NCBI GenBank assembly: GCA_047967505.1 | Contig: CM106538.1 | DNA length: 64,000 nt | Source of the DNA: Dipteris shenzhenensis | Lineage: Eukaryota | Direction: 5' to 3' (one strand) | In this document: positions 24,237-38,878 of the stretch, in pieces | Layout of the letters: each line of letters opens with the position of its first letter | Numbering within the stretch: the stretch's first letter is position 1 | Notes under the pieces: generated by a model | Told to the model about the DNA's origin: nothing | Database searches by the model: none | The model's input: the letters and a program-made list of their open reading frames with translations, nothing else | Program-made: the position numbers and the translations under genes

Positions 24237-27200
24237 CCAAATTGGTAGACTCTGATTAGGTACTACTACCTTGCCATTTCTTTTCAGCATACCATGCCTT
24301 ATGGCATATCTTGCATAAGTTTGGCCTTTTCTGGATGCCAGGTCATCCTTTTCCCCGGGTTTGAATACATGAGCCTTAGGCCAAAGGCTCTGGACCTTTT
24401 GAGTTTCTCTAATCTCGGTCATTAGAGCACTCTCTAATACCGTGAAACTCATATTATGCATAATGCGTGACAAGGCATCAGCAACTTTATTATCCTTCCC
24501 TCTTCAGTACCGAATCGTCAAGTTAAACTCCTACATGAGTTCTGCCCACCTAGCTTGGCGGCCTCTCAAGTCTGGTTATTTACAAAAATGTTTCAGAGTA
24601 TCATGATCAACATCAACATAAAACTCTAACCCATACAAGTAATGTCTCCATGTTTTCAGAGCATGGACAACAGCATACAACTCTAATTCATGAGTTGGCC
24701 AATTTCGTTGAGAGGGAGAAAGCTTCTTGCTTTCAAAGGCTACTGCCTTCCCTCTTGGAGGAGAACTGCTCCTACCGCAATGCCACTTGCATCGTTTTCA
24801 AGAAACAACGGTTTCTGGGGATCAACTATTTTGTCCTGAGATCACAACTTATTTTATGGTGTTAAAACTTTCCTGTTGATTCTGTCCCCATATAAAAGGT
24901 ACTTTATTTGAGGTCAGATCAGTCAATGGCGATACTATCTCGGAATATCCTTTGATATGCCTTCGATAAAATTGAACAAATCCCAAGAATGATCGCAAAG
25001 CGGTCAAACTCTGAGGGATTGGCCAAGTCAGTATCGCAGCCACTTTCTTTGGATCCATTTCTACCCCCTCAAGAGTAATTATGAATCCTAAATATTCAAG
25101 TCTTACCATACACAGTATAGTTTTCTTTTTATTTACATAAAGACTGGCTTTCCTCAAAGTACTGAACACTATTCTTAAGTGTTCGTGATGCTCAGTAATA
25201 CTTTTATTGAATACCAGAATATCGTCAATAAAGTGTACTACAAACTTTTCGATATACGGACGTAGTAAATTGTTCATAAGCATGACGAATGTAGCTGGAG
25301 CATTGGTAAGTCCAAAGGGCATTACCAAAAACTCATAATGTCCAAACCTGCTTCTAAAAGCGGTTTTATGCACATCCTCGGCTCTAATACGGATTTGATG
25401 GTAGCCACATTTAAGATCTATCTTACTAAAAATTACGGCTCCATGTAATACATCTAGCAAATCATCGATCCAAGCCATCGAATACCTATGCTTAATAGTG
25501 ATATTATTCAATGCTCTGTAATCTATACAGAGGCGAAAAGTATCATCTTTCTTCTTCTTTAATATCACTAGCGAAGCAAAGGTGAGAAACTTGGTTGAAT
25601 CTGCCCCAGCTTGAGGTATTCTTCCAGTTGTCTTCACACCTCCACCTCTTCAGTAAAACTCAACCTATAGGGAGATCTATTTACAGGTTCTGCCCCCGAG
25701 ATTAGTTCAATCTTATGTTGAACATTCCGCTCTGAAGGTAACCCGTAAGGTAGCTCATCCCTAAAACAATCAAAGAACTCCTCTGCTATTTGATCAGCCA
25801 GCTTGGCCATCTCTCCATTTTGGACAACATCAATGCTAGCCGAAGAATCATCAATTGGCTCTACCGATGCTGTACAAAGAAACAAAAACTCTTCTTGAGC
25901 TTTTCGAATTTCCATCACGGAAACCAACAGTCCTTGAGGTATATCTTTTTCACCTCGTAACACATACAGCACATCATTCATCTTGAATTGATAAATGTGC
26001 TTTTTCCAATCTATGGCTGGATTCTTCCTAGAATGCCAAGACTTACCTAGGGCTATGTCTGCATGAGCAAGCTTAGTCAACTCAAAATCAAGCTTCTCAG
26101 CATAGTCCTGAATTCGAAGCTCTAACTAGGTAACCCTTTGGTCCCATACTTCAGTTGAACTTCCATCTGCCATTCTGACTGTATATGCATAGTCAGATGG
26201 GCTAGTCTTTAGTTTCAGCCTCTTTACAAGCTTGGAGTTAATTACATTGTGTGTTGACGCTGAGTCAAACAACACAATGACATCATGATTAGCTACTTGC
26301 CCTTTCATCTTAATTAACTCCGTATCATTAAAGGCTGTATACCCCGTTGCTGCGGGCTTTGACAGGATATTATCAGGTACACTAGTTACTAACTTAACAA
26401 CAGACACACATAACAAAAAAGGTACTAACCTTTGAGAAGATCCCGCTAGCTGAATCTGCATCTGTTCTGCTCTGGGACTTCCCTCCATTTCCACGTTGCA
26501 TTCTGAGACCACCATCTCAGCCATCCGACGATCTTTGTTTCGTGGACAATCTTTCCACTGATGAGGCTGAAGGCAACCAAAACACAAGCCTTCTCTCCTC
26601 GCTTTTTCCCTTTGCTCTGGGTTCAAAGAAGACTTCTCGACCAAGCCCGGGCTGCCATTGGTGTTACTTTTCTTTTCATTCCAATGGTGATACTTGATTT
26701 AGGAGTCTCAACTGGTTTCGCCTGCTTGGCTTAACCGCTAGGCTGTGAGGCACTCCCTTTACTAATCCACTTCTTCTTAAACCCAGTTTTCTTCGGGTAC
26801 CCATACTGAGTCCCAACCTGCACAAACCCACTTGGTCTGTTCCCTTTTGCATCCTCATAGTTCAGGACTATGGCAATTGCTTCAACTAGCGTGTTCGCAT
26901 ACTTAGCCCGAACTTCCATCTTGATCCGATCATTCAATCCAAAGATAAAATCTTTTACTTGGATTGATTGAGGTAGAGGTTCATAAACCTTCATTACACT
27001 TTCTCTGAACTTATCAGTGTATTCCGCCACTGATAAATTTCTCTGATGAAGGTTTCGATACTGATCCCAAGCTCGAGATGCTTCGTCAGGAGGTAAGAAG
27101 TGTTTTCTAAATTATTTTTTAAACCCCTCCCAAGTACTGGATGCTACTCCATCTTTCTGCTGTTTTATCCACCACCTATCCGCTGCCTCATTAAACATAT

Positions 27201-29072
27201 GGATGGCCTCGCAGATTTTCTTCATATCATTCTTGATTTCACAAATGGCGAAGGCCTCGTCCCATTTGTGTAACCAGGTCTCAATGATATCGGAACTACC
27301 GTCAGACATGTGACGTAGTTCAAACATGTGACCAGAATACTTTTCTGGCCAATAATTGGCAACATTAAGCACCTTAGCCCTCCTAGGCTCGACCGTACGA
27401 ACACTAGACTCCGGTTCCATTGGAGATTTACCTTTCTCCTCCCGAGATGATCTAGCAGACATACTATGCACCACTTTCCTGAGCTCAGACTGCCCTACAT
27501 TTGCTTGTAACTGTTGCGCTAAAATCTATTGCAAGGCATCCTCTAACATTGCAATTCTGCCAGATAGTGTATGACCTGCTGGACGCAACACCTGCGGGGT
27601 CGGCCGGACTCCCGACTCTACGGGATCCATCCTAGAAGCTTGAAACTGTAATTACAATTCGAAAGTCCAACCTCCAAATTTACAGCTAACCAAGCATATA
27701 TCACACTGTAACCAAAACCACTTTTCCCTGTACTAGGAAAAACTCCTGCAATCCAAATTGACTCAAACACGGAGGCAAATAAACAAGCATATGCTCCAAC
27801 AAAGCTTAGAAGGCATAGAGAGCTCCCTGGTTATAATTCTTGCTGCATGAAGAGATCAACTACTAGTCCCTGTAGTCCACTCCAAATCTGCATTTATGAC
27901 CTGCCTTGTGACCACAAACATACTATAGTATCTACCCCTTCACACGAGCTCATGATCAAGCGCAACCAACGAAAGCCTAGCTCTGCGGGCTACAAAGTCC
28001 AATAGTTGAGTCCACGACTAAACAAACCATATATACTGTCGCAAGCCCAAATTTTGCAAAGCAACCATTACGCTCCAGTTTTTTTTTAAATCAAAACTCC
28101 GCCAACCAGTTACTAGTAGGCTTCAAAATCGTCGAATCTGAACTGTGACTCCCTTTCGACAGTATACTCAATGCAATCAACGATGGTCTTTTAAATAGAC
28201 AAGATGTCGTTCTTTAATTACTGATCATAAACTGATAGAGAAGATCTGTCCGCCTTCTAAATTATGACGATCGTTATGCTTTATCTCGCTTCAAGTCACC
28301 ATTTCAACGCTCACGTTCACGATGAAGGCACAAGACCTAGGCTTAACTACTCTCCAAAATTGCTCTGCGATAAACGTAATTAAAAGTAATACCAGTGTGG
28401 TCAATCCGATGACGAAGACGACTGATCTACGTAACTATTGTAACTCACCGACTTCGCACAGCAATTGACCCACAATTCGAACGGCCCCCACAGCCTTCAG
28501 TACTAACCAAATTATTAACCTGCAACTGTACACAATCCAAATATCATGGACAGATAACACAACCTCGTCCACCTCCCCCTTTTCCCAATCGCCTACCTGG
28601 CTCTAATACCAAAATGACACGCGCAAATCTGTTGCGCCTCTGTTCTTTCTCCAATCACGGGCATAGGCACATTGATTGTCCTCAGCCAACCTCGGTGGTT
28701 GCAAGCTCTCCAAAAAAATCAACTGTTACGTGAAGCTCCTGCTTACAAAATTCCACCAAGCCCCAAAATTCCCTAGATGGATCTAGTATGCCACATGTCT
28801 TCATTCTAGGGTCCCTCCTTAATGCATCATTTACCCCTCTCTTGGGATATCATTGAAACCATTTGCCCCTAGGCAAATTTAATGCATTTAGGTCCCTTTA
28901 GCCTTAGATCCACCTAGTCTAGTGCCATATCACCCTCACCTAGGACCTTGACCATGATTCCTTTTTTGATCATTTACATGAAGCCCAAAGAAATATAATA
29001 CAAACATTGATCCTTTAAAGGAAAATGTCGACTGACCCTTCGAGGTCATGTTACCTCAACTTGAGCATAACA
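24237..29072 (-). mobile_element. Ty3/Gypsy element A, 5' half: LTR 28615-29072, PBS 28599-28611, gag, protease, RT, RNase H
   Basis: CFGCLQPHQWKDC knuckle, LFDSAST protease, RLCIDYRALN, MPFGLTNAP, FIDDIL, and VADALSR near 24470. Confidence 0.92.
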
Positions 29073-30754
29073 ACATGACGAGGATGTTCGACGTCTTTTG
29101 TTAAAAGAGCATCATGTAGTTCCTTGTGCTGCCCATCCAGGCATCAACAAGACTTATATGTTATTCAGTGCAACATACTACTGGACTCAGATCAAAAGCG
29201 ACGTCATCAAAATGGTTACATCTTGCTTACCTTGTCAACAAATGAAAGCTAGTCGATGACTTCCAGCAGGACTTCTTCAGCCTCTTCGAGTTCCAACCGA
29301 AAGGTGGGAAAGTATTTCCATGGATTTCATTACAACACTACCACGATCCTCCTGAGGTAACACTCAGATTATGGTAATTGTTGATCGATTGTCTAAAATG
29401 GCACACTTTGTTGCTTGCAAAAGAAGTGCACAGGCTCCGGACATCGCCAAACTCTTCATACAACACAACTTCCGACACCATGAATTGCCCAAGAATATTG
29501 TTTCCGACAGAGATCCTAAGTTTACTAGTCACTTTTGGATTTCACTATTCAAATCTTTGGGTACAACTCTACTGTTCAGTTTAGCCTACCACCCAGAATC
29601 AGATGGCCAAACTGAAAGAGTCAACCAAGTTCTAGAAGAAATGCTTCGACATTATATTCAATCACGCCTAGCAGCATGGGAAGAGTATCTACCACTCCTT
29701 GAGTTTGCTTATAATAACTCTTTCCATAGTGCTATCAGCATGACTGCATTCCAAGCAGCTTATGGACACACTCCGATTGTACCAACAAATTTTGTACTTT
29801 AACATCGAGTGGCCCTGGCTGATCAGCTGGTTCAAGAAATGCAAGACATTCTACTCCAAGTTATGGATGATATGCGAAAAGCGCAAGAGCGGTATCAACG
29901 GTCCGCTAACAAACATAGACGTCACCTGGAATTTGAAATTGGTGACATGGGGCTATTATTTGTAGCCCCACATTGCTACAAGACGGTTAAGTCTGTGTTT
30001 CCTAAGTTGCGACCACGATACTATGGACCTTTCCAGATTGTCAAGAAAAATTCACCTTTAAGTTACAAATTGGAATTACCACCATCATGGGGTAAAATCC
30101 ATCCGACATTTCATATTTCTTGGCTAAAGACGTACAATCCAGGCGATGAAGCAGTTCCTCCTGCAGGTGATTATGTCCCAGAAATCGAAGACGATTATGT
30201 TCTCCTTATTCCTGAGCGTATTCTGGACCATCGATAGCGAGAGACTCGACATCGACTTATCACGAAATTCCTTGTTCTTTGGAGAGATCTAGACGACTCT
30301 GACGTTTCTTGGCAATCTGATGAAGACTTACAACAGTACCCTCACATTTTACAGCAGTGTTTTCAGAATTTACCGTGATATTTTCTACATCAGTTCATTA
30401 TCTCCACCAGGGTCTTATTTTGAGTGGGAGGGGATGTCACGATCTGTGACGTATTGCTTTCTCTATATCTTATGGATGGTTTAATGAATGGACACTTGTG
30501 GAAGGGTATGCCCTTTCGACGGGACACTTTCTATGAGGCACAACCCTTCACGAGAGACATTCTATTGAAGAGACACTCCCATTGTAATGTACCCTCTCAT
30601 CAAGGGTCACACCCTTCACAAGGGCTACACACCTCTTCATGCACATACACTTTGGAGTACACACCTTTTCATGTGACTCTTCACTCTCTATATAAGAGAG
30701 GCCCAACTGTATGGATAACACACTACAGACACTCAAGCAGTGCAAATATTCCTT
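29073..30754 (+). mobile_element. Ty3/Gypsy element B, 3' half: integrase, chromodomain, PPT 30422-30434, truncated 3' LTR 30435-30754
   Basis: [45 protein letters not shown]. The LTR is the reverse complement of part of 34734-35133. Confidence 0.9.
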
Positions 30755-31304
30755 TTTCCATGGGGAATTGCAGAAGAATATAAGAGTATGTTGTGTGGAT
30801 AAACTATGGGAGGATACAATATAGGCTGCTTGAGGTATACAATAGGATGATGTAGGGTGATGCAGCCAGTTCTTGCTTTGGTCGTGGACATCGCTATCCA
30901 TATAGACTAGGCCTAGCAAAAGCTAGGGCCTGCTTTCTAAAAGCTACTTTTACAAAAAAACCAAGCTTTTTAGGCTTTCCTTTTAAATCTGGTGCTTTTG
31001 GTGCCTTTTTTATCTCGTGGGCCCTCCTTTTAAAGAGGCACCCCCTTGTCAGTGCTTTTAGGCCTCGTGGGACTTGCTTTTTGTGCTTTCCTCCCCACCC
31101 TTGGATTCTTTTTGCACTCTCTTAAATCCTACACATTACACGAATGAGTTCCAACACTTTAACCCATTAGAGGTTAGCGAAATGCATGCATTCATAGTTC
31201 TTCGACTAATCTACCAATTCAAAGAAAAAGTAAACCAAAGCTTATTCTAGTTAACCAAAGTCAACTGTCTTGACCATCGTCAATGCAATAAAGATTCCTC
31301 TTTA

Positions 31305-32977
31305 TGTCGTGAGACGAGATTTCTTTGGGCCAAAGATGAAAAAGCATATTCATGAATATGTGACACGTTGTTTTTCGTGTCAAGTAAGTAAGGCAGAGCG
31401 GGTGAAGCCACCCGGACTTTTACAACCATTGGAAATACCACTAGGTAGGTGGGAGAGCATTTCCATGGACTTTATTGTAGGTCTGCCTAAGACACAAGGT
31501 GGATATGATTATGTCCTTGTGGTGGTTGATCGTCTTACCAAGATGGCTCACTTCATTCCAACTAGAGAGTCTGTTAGTGCCCCGCAAGTGGCGGATTTGT
31601 TTATTAGACATATATTTCGTTTGCATGGATTACCCAAATCCATAGTGTCAGACACAGATGTCAAATTTACCGGTCATTTTTTGACAACGATGTTTGAAAC
31701 ACTAAGGACTAAGTTGGGAATGAGTAGGGATCATCCAGAAACGAATGGTCAGACGGAAAGAATCAACCAAATTTTAGAGGATATGCTTAGAGCATATGTG
31801 TCACTGAGGCAACATACATGGGACAAGTGGTTGCCGCTATTAGAAAATTGCCTACAATGATAGAAAACATTTCTCTACAGAGTTCAATCCTTTTGAGCTG
31901 AACTATGGTTATAGACCAGCGAATCCAACTATAGTTGGAATACCTCAAAAAGTGCCTAGTGCCGCGAACTTTGTGGTTCAGATGCGGGAGATGCTAGCAC
32001 TTGCGAGAGCTAACATCCGCCAAGCTATGGATAGAGCTAAGGCGTATGCGGATGAAAACCGATCCGCTAGAGAATTTAAGGAAGAAGAAAAAGTTTTTCT
32101 CAGAGTTCCTTCGCACTCTAAGTCTTTGACTGCAGGAGAGTGTGCTAAATTATCACCTCGATATTATGAGCCATGGTTAATTCTAAAAAGAATAGGCAAG
32201 GTAGCCTATAAATTAGAATTGCCACAGGGTTGTAAGGTGCACCCAGTGTTTCATGTTTCTCGTTTAAAGAAATGTCTGCATACAGGTGACTCACTAATCG
32301 AGGGTGTTGTTTTGTTTCAGGAGATAGAGGATAATGCAAGACGCAAACCAACAGCAATCCTGGACCGAGGAATAATGATGCAAGTACGCAATCGAAAGAT
32401 ACCCACGGTGTTGGTTGCATGGCATGGTCTACCTCTATCAGAAGATACCTGAAAATCCGTATACCAGTTACGGAGAGTATTCCCAAACTATATCATCGAG
32501 GACGCTGATGCTTGAAGAGGGAAGGAATGTTACGCTCAAGTTGAGGTAACATGACCTCGGAAGAGTCAGTCGACATTTTCCTTTAAAGGATCAATGTTTG
32601 TATTATATTTCTTTGGGCTTCATGTAAATGATCAAAAAAGGAATCAAGGTCAAGATCCTAGGTGAGGGTGATATGGCACTAGACTAGGTGGATCTAAGGC
32701 TAAAGGGACCTAAATGCATTAAATTTGCCTAGGGGCAAATGGTTTCAATGATATCCCAAGAGAGGGGTAAATGATGCATTAAGGAGGGACCATAGAATGA
32801 AGACATGTGGCATACTGGGAATTTTAGGGCTTGGTGGAATTTTGTAAGCAGGAGCTTCACGTAACAGTTGATTTTTTTGAAGAGCTTGTAACCACCGAGC
32901 TTGGCTAGGAGGACAATCAATGTGCCTATGCCCGTGATTGGAGAAAGAACAGAGGCGCAACAGATTTGCGCGTATCA
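31305..32977 (+). mobile_element. Ty3/Gypsy element A, 3' half: integrase, chromodomain, PPT, 3' LTR 32528-32977
   Basis: WESISMDFI, HPETNGQTER, HPVFHVS and VLVAWHGLP motifs. The LTR is the reverse complement of 28615-29072 and is followed by the TSD CATGT. Confidence 0.9.
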
Positions 32978-35133
32978 CATGTGGTACACAGACGCGATCT
33001 TGATAATACAGAAGGTCGTCCGTATAAGAATAGGATGAGAAAATCTTATGTTCGGAAGTCGAAGGTTGATCTTTTGAAAGAACTTGTACTGCAGTGCTGA
33101 AGTCTTTATCATTGAAATACTTCCCTTTGAATGAATTTGAAACATCCAGAGATAATGTAGAGATTACCATAGCTGATGCTAGAGTTAACCTACTGAGAGC
33201 ATCTACAACTACATTGCCTAGTCCTAGAATGTACTCAATGGTCATGTGAAAGTTGGCCACAAACTCAACCCAGCATGCTTGTCGAGCGTTCATGACTGGC
33301 TGAGTAAAGATATACTTTAGAGAGTGATGGTCTGTCTTGACCACCGAGTCGGCTCCCATGAGATAATGTTTCCACTAGCAATAAGCATGTACAATGGCAA
33401 GAAACTCCTTATCATAAACCAAGTATCGGGTTTGGATATCGGAATGTTTATGGCTGTCAAAAGCGATAACTCTGCCTTCTTGCATCAAGACTGCTCCTGT
33501 AGCGATGTCGGAAGTGTGGGTCATGACCTCAAATGGAAGGTTTGGGTCAGCAATAGCCATAACTGGTGTGGTAGTGAGTGCTTGCTTGAGTTGTTGGAAA
33601 CTATACTCTGTTTCGGGAAGCCACTGAAAAACTGCTGTGCTTTTCAATAATTCGAACATAGGAGCTGCGATTTCAGAAAACTGATAGACCTTTGTATGGT
33701 AGAAGTTTACCAATCCGAGAAAAGAGCGGACATCATGAACATTCTTAGGAGTAGGCCAGTTTCGAATTACCTCGACCTTCTTGGGATCCACAGAGATGCC
33801 TTGAGCTAAAATAACATGTCCCAAATATTCGAGTTGGGTCTTGAAGAACTCAATCTTCTCAATGTTGATGTAGAGACAATTTGCGCGGAGAACTTCAAAA
33901 ACTTGGTGAAGACGTTGTTTGTGCTCATGTAGGGATCTGCTGAAAACGAGGATGTCATCGAGGTAAACGAGGACGAACTTATCGAGGAAAGGCCTGAAGA
34001 TGTCGCTCATTAGTGTCATGAATGTGGCCGGGGTACAGGAGATCCGAAAGGGCTGCGCTTGGGCCGAATGTGACCTTTGTCGAGTAGTTCGATCACCTGT
34101 CTTTGGATTTCTTCATTTTGAGTGTAAGAAACCCGATAAGGAGGTTTCGACGGTGGATTACTATCGAGAGGGGCAGAATCGGCCTGATAGACTATACGGA
34201 ACAGCAGGCGCGACTTTCAAGAAGAGGGTGCGACTTACGAGACGCCAAAAACCGATTTGCGAAGGCTGCAATAACTGCTAGGCCTTGCTTTTCCCAAAAA
34301 TTAAAGGTTGGGTTACTTGGACGCAAGGGTAATCTTGGGTTGGGCCTTAGGTTTAGGGCTGGTTGCCCTTTTTAGGCCCTCTAGGTACCCTTTTGTAGGG
34401 TGGTGCTTGGTGCCAAAAGGTGTGCCTATTCTAAGGGGTGTGACCCTTGGAATAGGTGTACCTTTTCATGAAGGGGTGTGACCCTGTTTTAAAAAGGGGT
34501 GTCCCCACACGAAAAGATGTGTCCTTTTTTCCACGATGGGGTGTGTCCCTTGGGTGTGGCCACTGATGACTTTAGGTGGGGTTGGCCGCTAAAAAATTTT
34601 ACACTCATTCTCTCCATCTCTTCCATGCACAACGTGCGTGGATATCCTTCTAGCAGAAAAAGATGTATCAGATAGACGCAAGAAGGTGGGGGGCATTTCC
34701 TACAGGCAAGAGCGAAATTTGCTCTGATACCACTGTAAGAAATCCTAGATTTACTATATTTAGAAATGTGCTAAGAAACAGAAAGAAGACTGAAAATAGC
34801 AGAGAACAAGGAATATTTGTATTGCTTGAGTGTCTGTAGTGTGTCATCCATACAATTGGGCCTCTCTTATATAGAGAGTGAAGAGTCACATGAAAAGGTG
34901 TGTACTCCAAAGTGTATGTGCATGAAGAGGTGTGTACCCCTTGTGAAGGGTGTGACCCTTGATGAGAGGGTACATTACAATGGGAGTGTCTCTTCAATAG
35001 AATGTCTCTTGTGAAGGGTTGTGCCTCATAGGAAGTGTCCCGTCGAAAGGGCATACCCTTCCACAAGTGTCCATTCATCAAACCATCCATAAGTCTAAGG
35101 TATAGAGAAAGGAATACGTCACACATCGTGACA
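32978..35133 (-). mobile_element. Ty3/Gypsy element B, 5' half: LTR 34734-35133, PBS 34721-34732, leader, RT/RNase H. gag, protease and the start of RT are deleted near 34030
   Basis: VYLDDIL, TDHHSL and VDALSR motifs. The frame ends at YQDRVCVPH at the junction with A and resumes as HDEDVRRLLLKEHH at 29074. Confidence 0.9.
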
Positions 35134-35227
35134 AGTACTTTTTACTTTCCTATCTAGCACCTAACATTAGTTCTAAAACTACTTTTAAGAGAGGACTTCA
35201 AGCCATAAAGACTGCCCCTACACTTCA

Positions 35228-38200
35228 TGCGAGCAAAAGGGTGAGAGCATTTGTATTACAAAAGATACCAACAATACACAAAACTAGCACTTTTGTCATT
35301 GTGACAAAACCCTAGCAAACCCAACCACTAACTACTAACTGTAGTTGATTATCCTAACTACGGTTAGGAGAAAAAACCTCTGATGAAAGAAAAGTGCCCC
35401 TAACCCACTTATTAGTCATACATTTGTCACTGCCATAAATTATGGCGATAATTCCAACACCCCCTTGCAATGCCAATGTGATGATGTACAAGGAAAATAT
35501 CAATCACCAAAAGAAGATAAGTTGAGAGCATTGCAGAATGCCTCAAACTTCTCACGTGAAAGTGCTTTGGTGAAGATGTTTGCAACATTGTCATGTGTGG
35601 AGACATAGATCATACTGATCTTCCCAACATGCAACTTCTCTCTGACATAATGATAATGAACCTCAATGTGCTTCGTGCGAGCATGAAACACAAGATTCTT
35701 ACTCTGACTATCAATGTATAGGAGAAGACCCTCCAACGCTAGATGAAGACCAACCACTGAACGACGGAGGCAAACACACTCAATTGTTGTTGTGAAAGCT
35801 GCCCTGTACTCAGCTTCACATGAGGAGATAGCCACTGTAGATTGTTTCTTGATCAACCAAGAAATGTAAGCATCACCCAAAAAGAAACAATTACCACTAG
35901 TGGACTGCCTTGTGTCATAATCTCCAGCCCAATCTGAGTCACTATAAGCACGCATTTACAAGTCACCCCCCAGGAAACATCAAGCCATAAGACTTAGTGC
36001 CTTGCAAGTAACGGAAAATGCGTTTACAACCTGCCAATGCATAGTCTTTGGGCTGTGCATATATCTGCTCACTTGTGAAACTGCAAATTGAATATTAGAC
36101 CAAGTATTGCACAAATAAAGGAGGCATCCAATAGCCTGGTTGTAAAGTGTGGAATCAATCAGTTCACCATCATACATAGTAAGTTTCAGCCCTGGCTCCA
36201 TAGGAGTGGCTATGGGCTTGCAATCATGCATCCTAAACCAATCCAAAAGCTTCTCCACATACTTGGATTGAGACATAATGATGCCACGTCTCTCTTGTAT
36301 GAACTGGATCCCCAAAGAGAAATGAAGCATGCCCAAATCTGACATATCAAATGTGGCTCTCAACTCAGCCTTGAAATCTGCAATTATTTCTTCATTAGAA
36401 CCTGTGAGCAGCATGGCATCTACATAAAGAATGATGACCAAAATATCCCCCCCAGATGCACTTGTAGTTTCTTCTCCCACTGATGCTATGCAGAATGCGG
36501 AGTTATGGTATGCTAGATACATATGAGTTATGGCAACTTGATGACACTTCAACAACATTCTATGATTGATGCTTTGCCTCCTTTGGAGTCACCTCCCCCT
36601 CATGCCTGTGAAGGGTTGGGAAGATGCACAGGTTTCCCTTGAAGAAGGATGGTGCAGTACGAGCTGTTCGAAAATTGCAGCTCATTTATAGTGATGTCCG
36701 TGGTCCCATGAGGACTCCTGCATTGGGTGGTTATCTCTATTATGTCACATTTATTAATGACTACTCAAACTACACTTGGGTTTATGGTTTGAAGAAAAAA
36801 TCAGATGTATATAAGCATTTTCAACACTTTGCTGCCAAGGTTGAGAGTGAAGCAGGCCTCACGATTCAAATTCTACGCACAGATAGAGGAGGGGAGTATA
36901 TGTCTCATGAATGTGAGGCTTATTTGAAAGAGAAGGGCATCACACATCAACTTACAATGAGGCAAATCTGAGCGGGAAAATCGAACTCTTATGGAGATGG
37001 ATAGATGCATGCTTACAAGCAAAAAGTTGCTTCACCGGTTTTGGCTTGATGGTCTCATGTGTGCCAACTATGTTTTGAATTGGGCTCCCACTAAGACTTT
37101 GCGAACAAAAAGTCCTTATGAAGTTTGGCATGGCAGAAAGCCTTCAGTGGATCATTTTTGTGTCTTTGGATTTGCTCCTACGTCCAGGATGACTACTATC
37201 AGGTCAGTGATTGCCATGGCTGCACATTTTGATCGGCGTGTATACCTAGATGAATCCAGGAACATTCCCAAACTCATCCTCTAAAAACACAACAAAGTGC
37301 AGTTTCAATCTCACGATAGTCACTCATAAGATCGAAAACCATAAACTCCATCATGCATAGCAAGGACTAGCTACTATGACATCCCCACTGACGTCATCAA
37401 CGCCCAACAGTGGGTGTAGACCATAGTATAAAAGTATGCTCTCACACATACAAATCCTCACACCCACACATATTTGAGCATCCATTTATACAAAGTCTTC
37501 ATACTGAGTTTCTGTCAGCACTCCGGAGGTGAAGGGCAAACTCAGCCATGACGAAGGCTAGCACTAAAGGAGAAGGCTAATCAAAAAGTAGTCCAAATCT
37601 CTTCATTCAGGCTACAACTGCTTGTGAAGTCTAAACGATTTCATTTTAGTCTCTTCCAAACGAGCATCTAAATCTAAATCTAGCTGATAGGGCAATGCAC
37701 CATTTAAGATAGAAAGAATTATCGCAATACCAGCAAGCTGCAACTTGATTGGCGTGTACATCAGTTGGATATAAAATAATGGAGACTTGTTGGAAGAGAT
37801 TTATGTGAAGCAACCTCCCGGTTTAGAGGTGTCAGGTGCAGCCCATAAAGTATGCAAGCTGAATAAGGCTTTGTATGGGCTGAAACAAGCTCCACGAGTA
37901 TTCGAAGATTGATGCCTTTCTTACCAGCACTTCCTGGAAGTGATATGTTTGGTGGCACCACTATCAAAGTACCAATTATTCAATGTCTCATTGACATTGA
38001 AAGCACACGAATCCTTAGAAGGATCGTAACTGCAAGTCAAAAAAGCATAAGAGTCATCCTCAGAGGTGGCTGTAATATCTGGAGCAACCACCTGAAAATC
38101 AAGACGGCAAGTCAGAAAGGCATACTCTTCTTCCACTACGTTGGTTGAAGCATCACCACCACCATCATGTGCATGAGAAGCTGAATCGTAACAGCCATAC

Positions 38201-38243
38201 CAGAATCCTTTTTCTTTTCCTTGGCAATTCTTTTCTTGCATTA
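35228..38243 (-). mobile_element. Ty1/Copia element E, scrambled 3' part: 3' LTR 35228-35459, RT/RNase H (-), integrase and RT pieces (+), gag end/protease (-)
   Basis: PPT at 35460. SDSDWAG and TKHIEV on minus (35500-36450). SDVRGP and RTDRGGEY on plus (36624-37170). [10 protein letters not shown] on plus (~37870). WYFDSGAT on minus (37921-38243). Confidence 0.85.
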
Positions 38244-38249
38244 CCCCCG

Positions 38250-38878
38250 ATGTAGTGACCCGGCTTCTTGCAATAATGGCAAACAAGTCGATCCCTAGAA
38301 TCTAGGGACCAACAGCTTAGGAACAGGGTTGTTCTAGATTTGAAGGTTAAGTGGAAAGATTGCTCGAAGGTGGATAGTACCTGGGAAAGTATTGATTCTC
38401 CTCGGCACCAATCCTAGAGTTTGTCTTAGTCCTTCTTTGAATAAGGGGGAGAGAAAGTTATGTTGACGTACCCTTTGGTTAACCTAACCTCCATAACACT
38501 AGCCACATTATTCCGAGCAAGATTGAGACATAAAGTCTAGGAATTGGCACTAAAGAGAATCAATACTTTCTAGGGTGCGAAGAATTAGAAAGAGGTGGCT
38601 AGCAATTTCCGAAAGCACATGTAGGGGTCGCATGTATAGAAAGAGGAGAAAAGGTGGCATGTAAGGGAGGGGTAGTCTTTATGGTTTAAAGTTCTCTTAA
38701 AAGTGCTTTTAGAACGAATGTTAGGTGCTAGATTGGAAAGTAAAATGTACTAGTCAATCCTTTCTAAGGTGCGAAGAATTAGAAAGAAGTGGCCAGCAAT
38801 TTTCAAAAAGCACATGTAGGGGTGGCATGTATAGAAGGAGGAGAAAAGGGGGCATGTAAGCCATGCAGTTCATTGAAG
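38250..38878 (+). mobile_element. Gypsy element D 3' end: chromodomain remnant, PPT and LTR with a ~194-bp tandem repeat. The LTR continues, inverted, at 35134-35222
   Basis: RNRVVLDLKVKWKDCSKVDSTWE, then a purine tract near 38441-38455. Repeat units start near 38560 and 38754. 35134-35220 is the reverse complement of the 38670-38752 part of the unit. Confidence 0.7.

Noticed and set aside
32745-33359. 204-aa ORF as a novel protein
   Set aside because: It is a chimera of Gypsy B RNase H read through into the LTR of A.
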